Origin: the human T2T-CHM13v2.0 reference genome, Homo sapiens
DNA: 64,000 nt
Assembly: GCF_009914755.1 (NCBI RefSeq)
Contig: NC_060944.1
Direction: 5' to 3' (one strand)
Shown one piece after another: positions 1 through 15,349 of this stretch. The number at the start of each line of letters is the position of its first letter. Position 1 is the stretch's first letter. Below the pieces are notes generated by a model. It was not told the origin of the DNA, made no database searches, and saw only the letters and a program-made list of their open reading frames with translations. Made by a program: the position numbers and the translations under genes.

Positions 1-218
1 AGCTCCGCCCCCTGGGTTCATGCCATTCTCCTGCCTCAGCCCCCGAGTAGCTGGGACTACAGGCGCCCGCCACCATGCCTGGCTAATTTTTTGTATATTT
101 AGTAGAGATGGGGTTTCACCGTGTTAGCCAGGATGGTCTCAATCTCCTGACTTCGTGATCCGCCAGCCTCGGCCTCCCAAAGTGCTGGGATTACAGGCGT
201 GAGCCACCGCGCCTGGCC
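1..218 (-). mobile_element. Alu (partial, AluY/S-like)
   Basis: Reverse Alu consensus, CpG-rich. Confidence 0.9.
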
Positions 219-320
219 TAAAATTTTTTAATAATGAGTTTCTATTTCTAAAACATCAGAGATAATTAATATTCAACATTATCTTGTCTTTTTCTTTGAC
301 AGTGTTTCTCCATTAAATTA

Positions 321-955
<635 letters not shown>

Positions 956-1461
956 GCTAAAGACATCACATATTGATCTTTTACCACACACTAAGCATTA
1001 TGCCAAGTACTTCACATATTTGATTTAATTTCATTCTATTAAGTTAGTGATAACTGTGTTAATAAACTAAAAAGTAGTAGTAAGTATTGAGTACTCACTA
1101 TGTGTCGGGCACCATGTTTCATACACTTTATTGAATTTAATCCCACCAACAGTCTTGTGAAGTAGATACTGTTATCACTTCCACTTTGCAGATGAACACA
1201 CAGGTAAAATTATTTGCGTGCACTCACAGGTAAAGTCAGGATTTGAACCCCGGGGGATGTGACTCCATAGCCCATGCCGCAAGCACTAGGCTGTATTATA
1301 AGCATCAATTACTATTTCTTTCCCTTTGAGCACTCGAAAGGGGCACTGGGAAGTGGTCCAGCCACGCCCTCCAGGCAGTGCTGAGCAAGCCTGGCCCTCC
1401 CGCTTGCCTTCTCTGACCTTGGGCGGCAGGAAAGCCTGGAGCTGCCTGCAGATTCCCAAGG

Positions 1462-1478
1462 TGGCCTCTAGATGGCAC
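1462..1478 (+). promoter_or_regulatory. CTCF motif
   Basis: TGGCCTCTAGATGGCAC. Confidence 0.55.
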
Positions 1479-1727
1479 GGTTGAGCATTCTTTATTTCTG
1501 CCGGTGGCATGGCCAAGGCTGGGGACAGAGCCGGTGAGGCAGAGGAACAAAGGACCAGAGTAGAAGCAATAATAAGAAGCCCATGGGGTGATCCCTCTTC
1601 TCCAGGTCCTCTTGTGGAAGGGCAGGCAGTGAAAACAGTTTCTGTTTCTTGGGGCTTCGCTATGTGCTTGGGACTGTACCAAGCACTCTATATCCATTAG
1701 GTCATTTGCTCCCGCTAAAATTTTATG

Positions 1728-2030
1728 AGGTCGTTGCCGTGGCTCATGCTTGTAATTCCAGCACTTTGGGAGGCTGAGGTGGGAGAATTGCTTGAGCCCA
1801 GGTGTCTGAGACCAGCCTGGGCAACATAGAGAAACCCTGTCTCTACAAAACATACAAAGATTAGCCAGGTGTCGAGGTGCACACCTGTAGTCCCAGCTAC
1901 TCAGGAGGCTGAGGCAGGAGGATCAGTTGAGCCCAGGAGGTCGGGGCTGCAGTCAGCAGTGTTCATGCCACTGTACGCCAGCTTGGGCAACAGAGCAAGA
2001 CCGTGTTTCCAAAGAAAAAAACAAACAAAC
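1728..2030 (+). mobile_element. Alu (AluJ-like)
   Basis: Alu dimer consensus with A-rich tail. Confidence 0.88.
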
Positions 2031-2277
2031 GTGCAAAAACCTTCTGAGGTAGGCTCTATTTTATGATTATGGATGGAGAATCAGAGCCTCAGAATGTCAC
2101 TCCGTTTGCAAGAGGTGGAGCTTGGACTTGACTTGAGGATGGACTCCTCTTGAGTGCTTGCTCTTATCCACGCTGCTCTTCCTTCTGCCTAAATGCCCTG
2201 GGGAGAAGGGGGAGCCCCAAAATACACATCAGACTCATAGCCTGACAAATTGTCTTTACTTCCCTCTCTATTAATAG

Positions 2278-2443
2278 AAGTTTACCGTCCCCAAAGGCAG
2301 ACTTGGCGTGACGAGGATAGGAGACTTGTCCCTGCAGGATATGAGGAAGGTACCTTCTCTGGCCCTCATAGAGCTGACCGCGCTCTGTGACATCCTCGGC
2401 TTGGACCTGAAGAGGAGCAAGGCGGGGAAGTGGAAAGCGGCAG
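2278..2443 (+). CDS. ARHGAP40: ARHGAP40 internal coding exon (166 nt; KFTVPKGRLGVTRIGDLSLQDMRKV...GKWKAA)
   Basis: ttaatag| acceptor and G|gtgagc donor; peptide matches the ARHGAP18/28/40 pre-GAP region (G.T.IGDLS.QDM.KV); ends in phase 1 and joins the next exon in frame. Confidence 0.93.
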
Positions 2444-2447
2444 GTGA

Positions 2448-2837
<390 letters not shown>

Positions 2838-3038
2838 AGCATGCTCAGCTTCTATATTCCTTCTGTTTACATTTTTTTTTCTGCATATGTAAACAATTCC
2901 TGCTCATTGTGGGAAATTTGTGAAATAGAGTAAAATACAAAAAGGAAAAAATATAATTCAGAAAAGCACTTTTAGTGTATTATCTTCCTTTGTGTGTATA
3001 TGTGTGTATCCTTTTTTCACCTAATATTATATAATTAT

Positions 3039-3337
<299 letters not shown>

Positions 3338-3449
3338 CTATGAGACCCTGTTTCATAATTCCATTATATATAATAGAATATATTATAGTTATAGATCTAT
3401 ATTATAGAACATTATATATAATAGAATTATGGACATTTTCCAGTTATTG

Positions 3450-3880
3450 TATCATTTAGTGGTTGTCATGATAATGCTACATAACAAACAACCCCCAAAC
3501 TCATGACTTAAGAATTCTTTACTCTTGCTCACATGTTTATGAGTAAACTGGGCGTAGCTTGGCTGATCTAGGCTTAGCTCCAAGTTGTTGGCTGAGTGTA
3601 GGTCTGCTCACAGGTCTCTCATCCTCCTGGGACCAGCTGGCTGTCTGGAGGATGTTCTTATGGTGACAGCAGAAGCTCAGAGGGCAAACTGTACCGCATT
3701 TTAAGCCTCTGCTTGCATCTTGTAGGTTACCATGCCATTGGTCCAAACTAGTCACATGGCCTAGCAAGGGGTGAGGAAGTACGCTGTGCTTCCCTAATGG
3801 GAAGATTTGCAAATTCACATGGCAGAGGGTGTGGATACAAAGAGGGGTAATGAATTTAGAACAATAGTGACATTTACCAC
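3450..3880. mobile_element. MaLR LTR (MLT1 family)
   Basis: ataacaaacaacccccaaactc..gactta start and tagtcacatggcc..aag motif typical of old MLT1 LTRs. Confidence 0.6.
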
Positions 3881-3910
3881 AACTATTAAATATTCCTTGA
3901 AAACATGATT

Positions 3911-4218
3911 TTTATTTATTTATTTTTTTTTTTTTTTGAGAGAAAGTCTCTCTCTCTTGCCCAGGCTGGAGTGCAGTGGCATGATCACAGCTCACTGCAG
4001 CCTCAATCTCCCCAGGCTCAGGTGACCCTCTCACCTCAGCCGCCTGAGTAGCTTGGACTGCAGGTATGTGCCATCATGCCCTGCTAATTTTTGTATTTTT
4101 TGTAGAGATGCAGTATTTTTATGTTGCCCAGACCGGTCTCGAACTCCTGGGCTCAAATGATCTTCCCACCTCAGCCTCCCAAAGTGCTGGGGTTACAGGC
4201 ATGAGTCACCTTGCCTGG
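3911..4218 (-). mobile_element. Alu (AluJ-like)
   Basis: Reverse Alu; TGAAAACATGATTTTTA duplicated on both sides. Confidence 0.9.
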
Positions 4219-4801
4219 TGAAAACATGATTTTTAATCACTGCACTATTTTCCTCCTCGTGGATGTATTCTAATATATTTAACCATTTCCCTATTAGTGG
4301 ACATTTTTGATGCCCATGTCTTTCCTATTATAAGACACAATCATTACTGCTGTATATATGCTTTTGAATGCATCTTAGCTTACTTTAGATTATACTTATG
4401 AGTTAAGTTCCTGAGATAATATTGCCCTTCAGCAGTGTATGAAAGTGTTCATTTCACTGCAGCATTGTCAACATTATGCATTGTGATTTTTTGGTTTGTT
4501 TTGGTTTGGTTTTTTGGTTTGTTTCTTTAAAGACAAGAGGATGGTGAATAAAAAAAGACCAGGGGGAGGAATCTAGCAGAGGTGGGGTAGGCCAGAGAAG
4601 GGAGAAAGAAGGAAGGTGTGGAGAAAATGTGGAAGGAGGAGTTTGCCTGAGAAGACCTCAAGCCAGGGTGGTTAAGATTGACCCAGGGAATACATTCTCT
4701 AGGACCTGGCCCATCCTGCAGAGCCAGAGCTCTATCCAGGACTGCTGTTACATTTTTATACCTGGTGCCTTCTGGAGCAGCAGCGTGCTTCCCTTTCAAT
4801 A

Positions 4802-5173
<372 letters not shown>

Positions 5174-5365
5174 TAATGAAAACATTACTGCTGAGGCCTA
5201 ATGTTCTGCTCAAGAGGAGCGGTTTGGGTCCAACCATTCTCTAGAGAGCTCAGTCCTTCCACAGGAAAAGGGGTCTGATTCTAGTTGCCCAGGAGATCCT
5301 GTAGGTCGGAGCCCAGTGATCATTCCAAGAAGTGAAATGTGCCTCTGCTCTTTGACTTTCTGCAG

Positions 5366-5457
5366 AAACTCGCCTCTTTGGTGTGCCCCTTGACAGCCTG
5401 CTAGAAGCTGACCACAAAGTCCTCCCCAGCACACAGGTCCCGCTGGTCCTTCAAGCC
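5366..5457 (+). CDS. ARHGAP40: ARHGAP40 coding exon (92 nt; ETRLFGVPLDSLLEADHKVLPSTQVPLVLQA), start of the RhoGAP domain
   Basis: ttctgcag| acceptor and |gtaagt donor; contains the FGVPL motif typical of RhoGAP N-termini; phase 1 to 0. Confidence 0.95.
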
Positions 5458-5632
5458 GTAAGTCGCCCCTACCCCAGCTTGGGTTTATTTAATCCTTCAG
5501 AGGCTGGCTCAGGGGACCATTGTCAGGAGACATCCAGCAAAGGGGTGAAAGGATGTGCTTTAGAATCAGGCAGACTTGGGTTCAAATTCTGGCTCTGGCA
5601 CTTGCTGGCTCAGAGACCTGGGGTGGATTTTT

Positions 5633-6087
<455 letters not shown>

Positions 6088-6418
6088 TGGGGTGGATTTT
6101 CTTTTCTTTTCTTTTTAACTTCTGAATCTTAAAGTCAAGGGTAGATTTTTGAACTTTCATTAGCCTCCCTTTCAACATCTGTAAATTGGGATGATGATAA
6201 CAGTATCCTCCTCTTATCAATGATTAAATGAGAAAAATGTGTATGAAGCTCTCAGAATGCTGGGCTCATGGAAGTGGTCACAAAAACTAATATTATTCCG
6301 AAGGAAACCCTTCTCCTGGTACTCCCCTCTTTCTGATTTTCATGGGAGACAAACACACCATTTTGAATCCTGCTTTTCAGCGGTTCCTGGTTTAAATGCT
6401 GGTTTCTCTTTCTGACAG

Positions 6419-6496
6419 CTGCTGTCCTGTTTGGAAAAGAGAGGACTGGACATGGAAGGCATTCTCAGGGTGCCCGGATCCCAGGCCAGGGTCAAG
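6419..6496 (+). CDS. ARHGAP40: ARHGAP40 coding exon (78 nt; LLSCLEKRGLDMEGILRVPGSQARVK) with the arginine finger
   Basis: tctgacag| acceptor and AAG|gtaatg donor; EGILRVPG is the catalytic RhoGAP motif; not present in the ORF track. Confidence 0.95.
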
Positions 6497-6884
6497 GTAA
6501 TGGTTTGGCTTCCTGGCTTCACTGAGGCTGCATCTCCCCCATGCTCACATGTGTGTTAAGCCGGGAGGGAAACCAGTCCCTGACTCGCCAGTGATCTGTC
6601 TTTGGTCTCTGTGTGGGTCGAGGGTTTGAGAGGCTGAAGGTGGCATGATGAGCATGGTGGCAGAGAGTGTGGGCCCTGGAGTCAGGCCACCAACGTTTAA
6701 TGAGCAGAGCTCTGTGCTCAGTGACACGCACGTTAGACCATTTCGTCCTTACTTCAACCCCACGAGGGAGGTGCTCTTGTTGTCCCCACTTTGCAGATGA
6801 GGAAACCAAGCCCCAGAGAAGTGGTAGAGCGACTTCTACCAGAGCCCTGGGCCAACTGTGTTTTCATGCCCCGCCTTCCTGTAG

Positions 6885-7044
6885 GGGCTGGAACAGAAAC
6901 TGGAGAGAGACTTCTATGCTGGCCTTTTTAGCTGGGACGAGGTTCATCACAATGACGCCTCTGATTTGCTCAAAAGGTTCATCCGGAAGCTGCCGACACC
7001 TTTGCTCACGGCTGAGTACCTCCCGGCCTTCGCCGTGGTGCCTA
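6885..7044 (+). CDS. ARHGAP40: ARHGAP40 coding exon (160 nt; GLEQKLERDFYAGLFSWDEVHHNDASDLLKRFIRKLPTPLLTAEYLPAFAVVP)
   Basis: ttcctgtag| acceptor and |gtgagt donor; LLK.F.R.LP.PLL RhoGAP motif; phase 0 to 1. Confidence 0.95.
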
Positions 7045-7736
7045 GTGAGTGTGCCCAAGCCCTTAGCCTGTGCAGGGATGGAGAGTTGGCTCACTGGCCT
7101 TGGTGGAGAGGGGAAGCCATGCAAAGGCAGGACTCCGTGTTCCTGGAAATGTCTGTTCCAGAAATGTCCAACTGATGGGGGAAGAAGCAAGTGTGAACAT
7201 GTGAGCCCAATGTGTGCACATACACATGTGCACGCGTGTCCTGCGTGTGTTGTATGGCATGTGTGCAGGTGTGTGAGGAGAGGAGGCTAAGGTTTTGCAC
7301 ACTACAGTCCCTATTAGTTCTCACATGGATGAGTGGACTAGTTTCCTTCACATCTTGACATCCATGGGGTTGAGCTTATCAGCATCATTACCTGTGTATC
7401 TGTGGGCACACATGTGTGTGCATGTCCATCTGTGTGCACATCTGCAGATCAGCATGTGTTGCACGGACCTTGCTGTATGTATAGTCTGCATATATATGTT
7501 CCTGTCTGGACTTCTTCACAATCCACAATGAACAAAGATAGTCACTTCTATTTTTCTCAAAAAAATACAGCAGCTCTCCTGAGATCTCACTCACAACCGT
7601 GAGGTTCTCCCTGTCTCTCTGAATTCTCCAAAAAGCTCCAAGGCTCAGGCAGTCTGATTTCTACCCCCAAGCTAGGGACAGGGATCCTGAGAGGTCCTCT
7701 CTGACCTTTGATTCTCACGACCGCAGCGTTTTGGTT

Positions 7737-8198
<462 letters not shown>

Positions 8199-9383
8199 TA
8201 AATCAGATTCCTTCCCTATGCTGTTGCCCACCCTCCACAGCACTCTTGTAATAAGATTCCACTTCTTACTAGGCCCACCTCCTCCGGCTCAGGTCCTGCC
8301 TATTTCTGGCCCCCTTTCCTCCTGGGCCCCTCCTTCCCCACTGTCTGGCCAGGCTCTCTCGCTTTGCTGTTCCCCCTCCTCTTTCCTTCCCTGGGGCCTC
8401 TGCACTTGCTGCTGTGTCTGAATGGAACCTCCCTCCACCCTCATTTGGCTGCTTTCTGCCATTCAAGTTCCAGCTGGCTGTCATTGCCTGCGAGGGGCCT
8501 TCCGTGACCCCACACATCATGCTGCCTGCCAGCCTCTATAATGATGCAATGATGCCCATCATACTCTGATTTATTCTTTGCTTGTGTATTATGTCTCCTC
8601 TCTGAAATGTAAGCTCCATGAGCCTGTGACTTTGTTTTCCTCCTTTACTATTGTGTCCAAGATTCCTAGACTGAGCACAGCACCTGACAGGTACTTGATA
8701 GATATTTGTTGATAAGTGAGAGAAGGAAAGAAGGGAAGGAGGGAGGGAGGGAGGGAGGAAGGAAGGAAGGTAGGTAGGTAGGTCATATGGGGTCGCAGGC
8801 CTGGCGCCCAGGGTGCTCAGCCTCTGTCTCCTACGCAGCTCTTCTCCAGGTTCCAGCCAGCTCTCAGCTGCTGGGTCTTGTCTGGCTCTGATGAACTCCT
8901 TCTTTGAATCTATAACTACTACCTCCTCCTACCTACCTCCTCTCCCCGGAGATCCTGACACCAGGTGTGAGACAGCTTTTCCTTTTCAACCCTCACAACA
9001 CAGAGGGTTTCATGAAAACCTTCTATCTGGGCCCATTGAGCTCTCTGTCTCCCTTCCTAAGGGTGATTTGCTGGTTCATTGCATTTCTGACCCTGGGCTG
9101 CAGCCTGGACTGCATCTAGGTCTGTGCGGCATGTGCTTGCCTGCACATGCATGCGTGTGTTTATTTTGTTACACAAAGTATAGCGAGTGAACCTCCCACG
9201 AGCACTGGTCAGGGCTCTGTCTGAGCCAACATTAGACAAGGAAATAGTCCCACACCTTATGAAAAAAGGGATTCCTGGCTGTCCCCTGGCTTTCCAGCTC
9301 TGGAATTTCCCCAAGAAGAGACCAGACTGAGGGAGGGAGTCCCTGAGCCTCCCATGGAGACTGAGGTCCCTCCCTTCCCGCAG

Positions 9384-9466
9384 ACATCCCCAACCTGAAG
9401 CAGCGCCTGCAGGTTCTTCACCTGCTCATCCTCATCCTCCCAGAACCCAACAGAAATGCCTTAAAG
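9384..9466 (+). CDS. ARHGAP40: ARHGAP40 coding exon (83 nt; NIPNLKQRLQVLHLLILILPEPNRNALK)
   Basis: ttcccgcag| acceptor and AAG|gtaaga donor; LP..NR..L RhoGAP motif; phase 1 to 0. Confidence 0.95.
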
Positions 9467-10220
9467 GTAAGAGTTACCATGCACCACCACCACTCTGCCA
9501 TCTCAGCCCACAGCCACAGCCATGGCTTCAAATGTGCTCATTCATTCATTCATTCATTCAACAACTCTGCCAGGTGCTAGGGTTCAGTGATGACCCACAC
9601 AAACCTCTCTTGAGACTTTTTCTTAAAGAAAGTAGATGAGTCCTGAAAGGGGATAGTCCCGGAGTGGGCACTGCAGAGCGTCAGTTCCACGTGGTGCTAA
9701 CAGGTGTTAGCACCTTGTGGCCAAGCATGGATGGGTAAACACAGAGTTCATGAAACAAGGTTAAGAATACTTTTCTCCCCAGGACTTCTCAAAGCCTTTG
9801 GTATATTGAGGCTTTAGAGAATCTCCAAGTGGGATTAGAGTATGCAGCACTCTCCAAACTCAGTTGATCACAGACCTCTTTTGTTGTGGAAAGCATTGCA
9901 TGGCACTGGTGTTCCATGCAGAACCAGTTTGGGAAACAGACCCTTAGCAAATTCTCCTTGTCGTATGGGAATGGATGCAGGGCCTTGGCCCAGCTCCCTG
10001 TACCGTCTTGACTGTCCTTCAGTCAGACTCAAGATGTGCCTCCAGGATCAGCCTGAGGAGGCCCCGGGTCTTCCTGTTTGAGTTTCTGCTTCCTTTTCAG
10101 TAAACTGAGGATGATAATAGCATTAATAGCATCTTGTCTAATTGTTTTGGAAATCATAAAAGCTAACTCATGAGGAATCATGGGGTAGAAGATGATGCTT
10201 TGCAGGGTACTCAATATGTG

Positions 10221-10425
10221 TCCTCTTTTCCTATCCTCTCTCCCTCCCTCTCTCCCTTCCTTTCTTCCTCCCTCCCTCCCTCCTTCCCTCCCACCTCCCT
10301 TCCATTTATTCTTCCTTCCACCACCCATTTATTCTCATTCGTCCATCTATTAATCTTTTCTTTCTCCATTCATCCATCCATCCATCCTTCCATCCATCCA
10401 TCCCTCCCTCCCTTCTTCACTCCGT
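10221..10425. repeat. CT-rich / (CCAT)n low-complexity tract
   Basis: Visible repeats. Confidence 0.8.
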
Positions 10426-10512
10426 CCCTTTGTCCTTACTGGCTATATGACTCTTGGCACATTCTCCAAGCTTGTTTCCTTATCTGTAAAACACATGCAA
10501 TAATAAGAGCTA

Positions 10513-10842
<330 letters not shown>

Positions 10843-11361
10843 TTATAAAGTTTCTGTGAGGATTAAATGAGATGTACCAATTAAAGGCCCAGGAACACAA
10901 AGAATACATAGTAAGTGGTAGCTCTCATCACTTTCTGCTGCTCTTCTCAGTGTCTCTGCTTCTCCCAGCATCTCTGCTTCTCTATTCCTTCCTTTGCATT
11001 TTGGGTAGACCCAGACTCCAGAAAGAAGGAGCTATCCTGGGCCTCACCAGGAAATGACCCATGTTCCAGACCTGTGGCCCTTTTCTACCTGGAAGTTGAA
11101 GTCTGACCCAGTTGTCTCATTAGTCTCTGAGGGAGCAGGGGAGGGAAAGAGTCTTGGACACACTGCAGAGCAGGAAACGGAGACACAGAGAGGTCATGGA
11201 GTGGGCCGGTGACACAGCTGGAACGGGAGCCCCTCTTGCTGCCCTCCCAGCTCCTGGCTCCTTCCTAGCACCCCCTTATCATTCATCAGAATGCCCTGGG
11301 GATGGTGGGGAGGCGCCAGGGATGGGCTGAGATTTGAGGGAGGCTCTGCACCCTTCCCTAG

Positions 11362-11568
11362 GCACTGCTGGAATTCCTCAGGAAGGTGGTGGCCCGGGAA
11401 CAGCACAACAAGATGACTCTGAGGAATGTTTCCACCGTGATGGCCCCTAACCTCTTTCTGCACCAAGGGCGGCCCCCCAAGCTCCCCAAAGGCAAGGAGA
11501 AGCAGCTGGCAGAAGGGGCAGCCGAGGTGGTGCAGATAATGGTGCACTACCAGGATCTGCTGTGGACG
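11362..11568 (+). CDS. ARHGAP40: ARHGAP40 coding exon (207 nt; ALLEFLRKVVAREQHNKMTLRNVSTVMAPNLF...YQDLLWT)
   Basis: ttccctag| acceptor and ACG|gtgagt donor; NKM...N...V.APNL C-terminal RhoGAP motif. Confidence 0.95.
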
Positions 11569-12169
11569 GTGAGTGCTGCTGGGCGCTGGGTATCCCTCTG
11601 GGTGCAGCTGCCGTGCCGCCCCTGCTCTCCAGGAGCCTGGGCATTGTCCTTTCAGTTCCCTAGTGTGTCCCTTCCAGGACCTTTGTTGGCCTCTGCACAG
11701 GCCTGTGTTTTCTTCCTCCCCCTGCCTTAGTAACCAAGAAGAAGTGTCTTCACTTTCTGTCTCCACTGCCATGCCTCTCAGTCAGTCTGCTGCCATCTGG
11801 TCTACCCCAGATTGCAGGAGTTCCCCCAACTCCTGCAAATAATTCCTTCACATCAAAGCTTTTATGCTGCTGAGAAAGCCCCATCCCTGAGGCCCAGGAT
11901 CACAGGGCCTGCCTAAGACAGAGCCCAGAACCAGATAACAGGGATACCCCTGCCCTCCTGCCCCCACCGTGAGCTTTGCCCTGAGTAACAAGTGACAGCA
12001 AGGGGAGGAGCCAGAGCAGGAGAGAGGCCCCTCTGCGGTGTCAGCATGCATGGTGCCCCTAGCACTGAGACCCCTCCAGCTCTTGAGACTCCTGTGAACA
12101 CAAGGCAGCACCATCTACCACTGCTGACCAGGCTGCTTTCTCACCTAGCGATGCGTAGCCTCTTCCCTC

Positions 12170-12600
12170 CATCTGTTCATTCATCCTTCCATTCAGTCTC
12201 CCATCCATCCACCCACTCACCCACCTACCCATCCATCCATCCACCCACCCATCCATTTATGCAACTGCCCGTCACCCACCCACTCACCCACCCACCTATC
12301 CCCCCCACCCATCTACTTACCCACCCATCAATCCATTAATTCCTCCAACTCCCCCATCCACCCATATGCCAATCTATCATCCACTCACCCATCCACCAAT
12401 CATGCATCTCTCCACTCATCTACCAATCCATCCATCCACCCACTCATTCACCCATCCACTCAACCATGCATCTATCCAACTAAACCACACATCTATCCAA
12501 CTATCTACCCATCCATCCATCCACTCATCTACCAAACCATGCATCTATCCCACTATCTACCCATCCATCCACCCACAGTCCTTCCCTCTATCCCTTCCTT
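12170..12600. repeat. Degenerate (CCAT/CCCA)n tetranucleotide tract
   Basis: Visible repeats; source of the His/Pro-rich pseudo-ORFs. Confidence 0.85.
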
Positions 12601-13704
12601 CTTCCATGGTCATTAGGTTAGATTTCCTATTCCAGAAACCAGCAAGTGAAGCCCTCTCTGACTGTTCCCACTTTTCTTCCTACCCTGCCTGGGCACTCGT
12701 CTGTGTTCTAAACACAGCAAACGCCAGCTGGCACTCCAAACTCATCTAGTACTTCACACTTCTGAATTTTTGCTTATGCAGTTTACTCTGCCTGGAATTC
12801 CCTTCCCTTTTTTTTTTTTCTAAGGGCAGAAGCCTGGTGTCCTCTGCTCATTCTTCAAGACCTCCTAGTTCAAAAGTCAACTCCTCTGTCGAAAGTCCCC
12901 TACTCCTCCCTCATACACCCCTTATACCCCCATAGTTCCTTTCTTCTCTGCACTCAGCCCTTTGAGATAATGTTGCTACTGAAAGACATTGGATTGTAAT
13001 ACTTCTTTTTATTGGAGGATGCTTTAAAAATTCAAGAAATTCTTGAATGTTTTCTTGTTAGAAAAGCTTCAGAAAACATAGATGTAGAAAAAGTGAAAGG
13101 GGAGAACCCCCATCACCCTCGCTCTTCCCCGTGTGTGTCACCTTTAGACAGCACACACATAGCAGCAAAAAGGGGAATTCAGAATCGACTCCAGTTTCGT
13201 CAGACCCTGGGAGACAGAAACATGTTATTAGCAGGGTCCATGGAGTCTGGGTTCTCTGACTCTGCTGGGTTCGGATCCCACAGAGAGGCATGGGTTGATC
13301 TGGAGGTCTCTGTAGGAATCCCCCAGTGTGGGCTCTCTGGGGGTTCTCAGAGCAGAGCCTGCTCCAGGTGTGTTTTGGGGACACCCCTGCCTGAGTGTGC
13401 CAGTGAGCAGCTATCCCTCAGCAGGTGCAGGACCCTCCAGCTTCTGTCGAGGGGACCACTATCCACTAAGCCTCAGGGTGGGCTCCACTCTCAGGGTCCC
13501 CTACTCCAAGGTCCACTTTAGGGGCTGAATGCCCCCTCCTCATTCCACCAAACCAGTGCTTCCGTCCCGTGTCCAACAAATGCATATTTCCAAGCCCTGT
13601 GGGACGCTGGGCCAGGGAAGAGGCCACGATGACCCTGGAGAGGGCTCTGCCTCTCGCCCCCAGAAGTCCTATCCCCCTGCCAAAACTTGATCCTTTCTGG
13701 CCAG

Positions 13705-13845
13705 GTCGCCTCTTTCCTGGTCGCCCAGGTGCGAAAACTGAACGACAGTAGCAGCAGGCGCCCCCAGCTCTGCGACGCAGGCCTCAAGACTTGGCTGCGG
13801 AGGATGCACGCAGACAGGGACAAGGCGGGGGACGGCCTCGAGGCG
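13705..13845 (+). CDS. ARHGAP40: ARHGAP40 coding exon (141 nt; VASFLVAQVRKLNDSSSRRPQLCDAGLKTWLRRMHADRDKAGDGLEA)
   Basis: ctggccag| acceptor and GCG|gtgagt donor; phase 0-0; continues the LWT/V..FL..QVRK family motif. Confidence 0.92.
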
Positions 13846-13964
13846 GTGAGTGCCCCCGACCCCAGACAGGTGGAGAAGGGCCGAGGCGACAGGAGGGCAC
13901 CTGGGGCGCGGTGCTTCCCTTCCTCCAGGTCCCCGCTACCGGGCTGCCAGCAACGGCCCAGTGA

Positions 13965-13982
13965 GGCCACCAGGGGGCGTTG
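13965..13982 (+). promoter_or_regulatory. CTCF motif
   Basis: GGCCACCAGGGGGCGTTG, near-consensus, inside the CpG island. Confidence 0.75.
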
Positions 13983-14614
13983 CGGCGCCGTCACGGGGAG
14001 CGAGGAGGCGTGGCTGCGAAACGAGGGCTTAGAAGCGGGTTGGGGAGGGGAAATGGAGTGACTCGGAGACTTCCCCTAGAAACCGTCACCGCCGCCCCAT
14101 TTTTCGGCAGCCCCTGGCCGAGGGTTGGGAAAATGGGAGTCGCTCTGCGGGGTGTGAGGTGATTGGGGCTGGGTGGGGGATAGTAGAAGGGAAGAGCCTT
14201 CCAAAAATACTGAGTATTCCTAGGAGGGGTCCTGAACACGGTTCCTTATTAAAGTCCCGATTAGAGAAATTGATGAGCGTTGAGGCTGCACCGTGCACGA
14301 TGTGTGGGTGATGGGTCTTTATACAAACCTACATGTCTGTGTTTGTGGGTGCGTTGCATGTACTCCTGCTGTGTGTACAAGTGCACCGACACAGGCATAG
14401 AAACACAAACATAGGCATAGAAACACAAACACACATCTGGAATGTGTATGTCTGTGATCTGTGCCCAAGTGTCCGGTATGCGTGTGTGTGTATCTTGTGA
14501 TTTTCAGCGTGGGCATTTGCGTAAGTGCCATGTATGCGTGTTTATGCATCCACGTTGGAACTCCAGGCAAGCTGACTCTTATGTATATGGATCTTTCTCT
14601 CTCTCTCTCTGCAG

Positions 14615-14784
14615 ACTCCCAAGGTGGCAAAGATCCAGGTGGTCTGGCCTATCAAGGACCCCTTGAAGGTGCCTCTCACCCCCAGCACCAAAGTGGCCCA
14701 CGTCCTGAGGCAGTTCACAGAGCACCTCAGCCCTGGTTCCAAGGGTCAAGAAGACAGTGAGGACATGGACAGCCTCCTTCTACA
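14615..14784 (+). CDS. ARHGAP40: ARHGAP40 coding exon (170 nt; TPKVAKIQVVWPIKDPLKVPLTPSTKVAHVLRQF...DSLLL)
   Basis: (ct)n gcag| acceptor and |gtaaga donor; open in the frame inherited from the previous exon; phase 0 to 2. Confidence 0.88.
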
Positions 14785-14850
14785 GTAAGAGGCACCTCCT
14801 GGAGGCAGGAGCCTCTTCCCTGCAGGGAGGGCTCTGCACCCCAGAGCTGA

Positions 14851-15349
<499 letters not shown>

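Larger units (their letters stand above)
13700..14160. promoter_or_regulatory. Intragenic CpG island over exon 13705-13845 and the following intron
   Basis: Dense CpG and high GC relative to the CpG-depleted flanks. Confidence 0.8.

Noticed and set aside
3361-3432. TA-rich quasi-palindrome with a duplicated CATTATATATAATAGAAT
   Set aside because: Ordinary low-complexity decay next to an Alu tail
6667-7290. 207-aa + strand ORF
   Set aside because: Overlaps the real exon 6885-7044 in a different frame and runs into TG-rich intron; no family similarity
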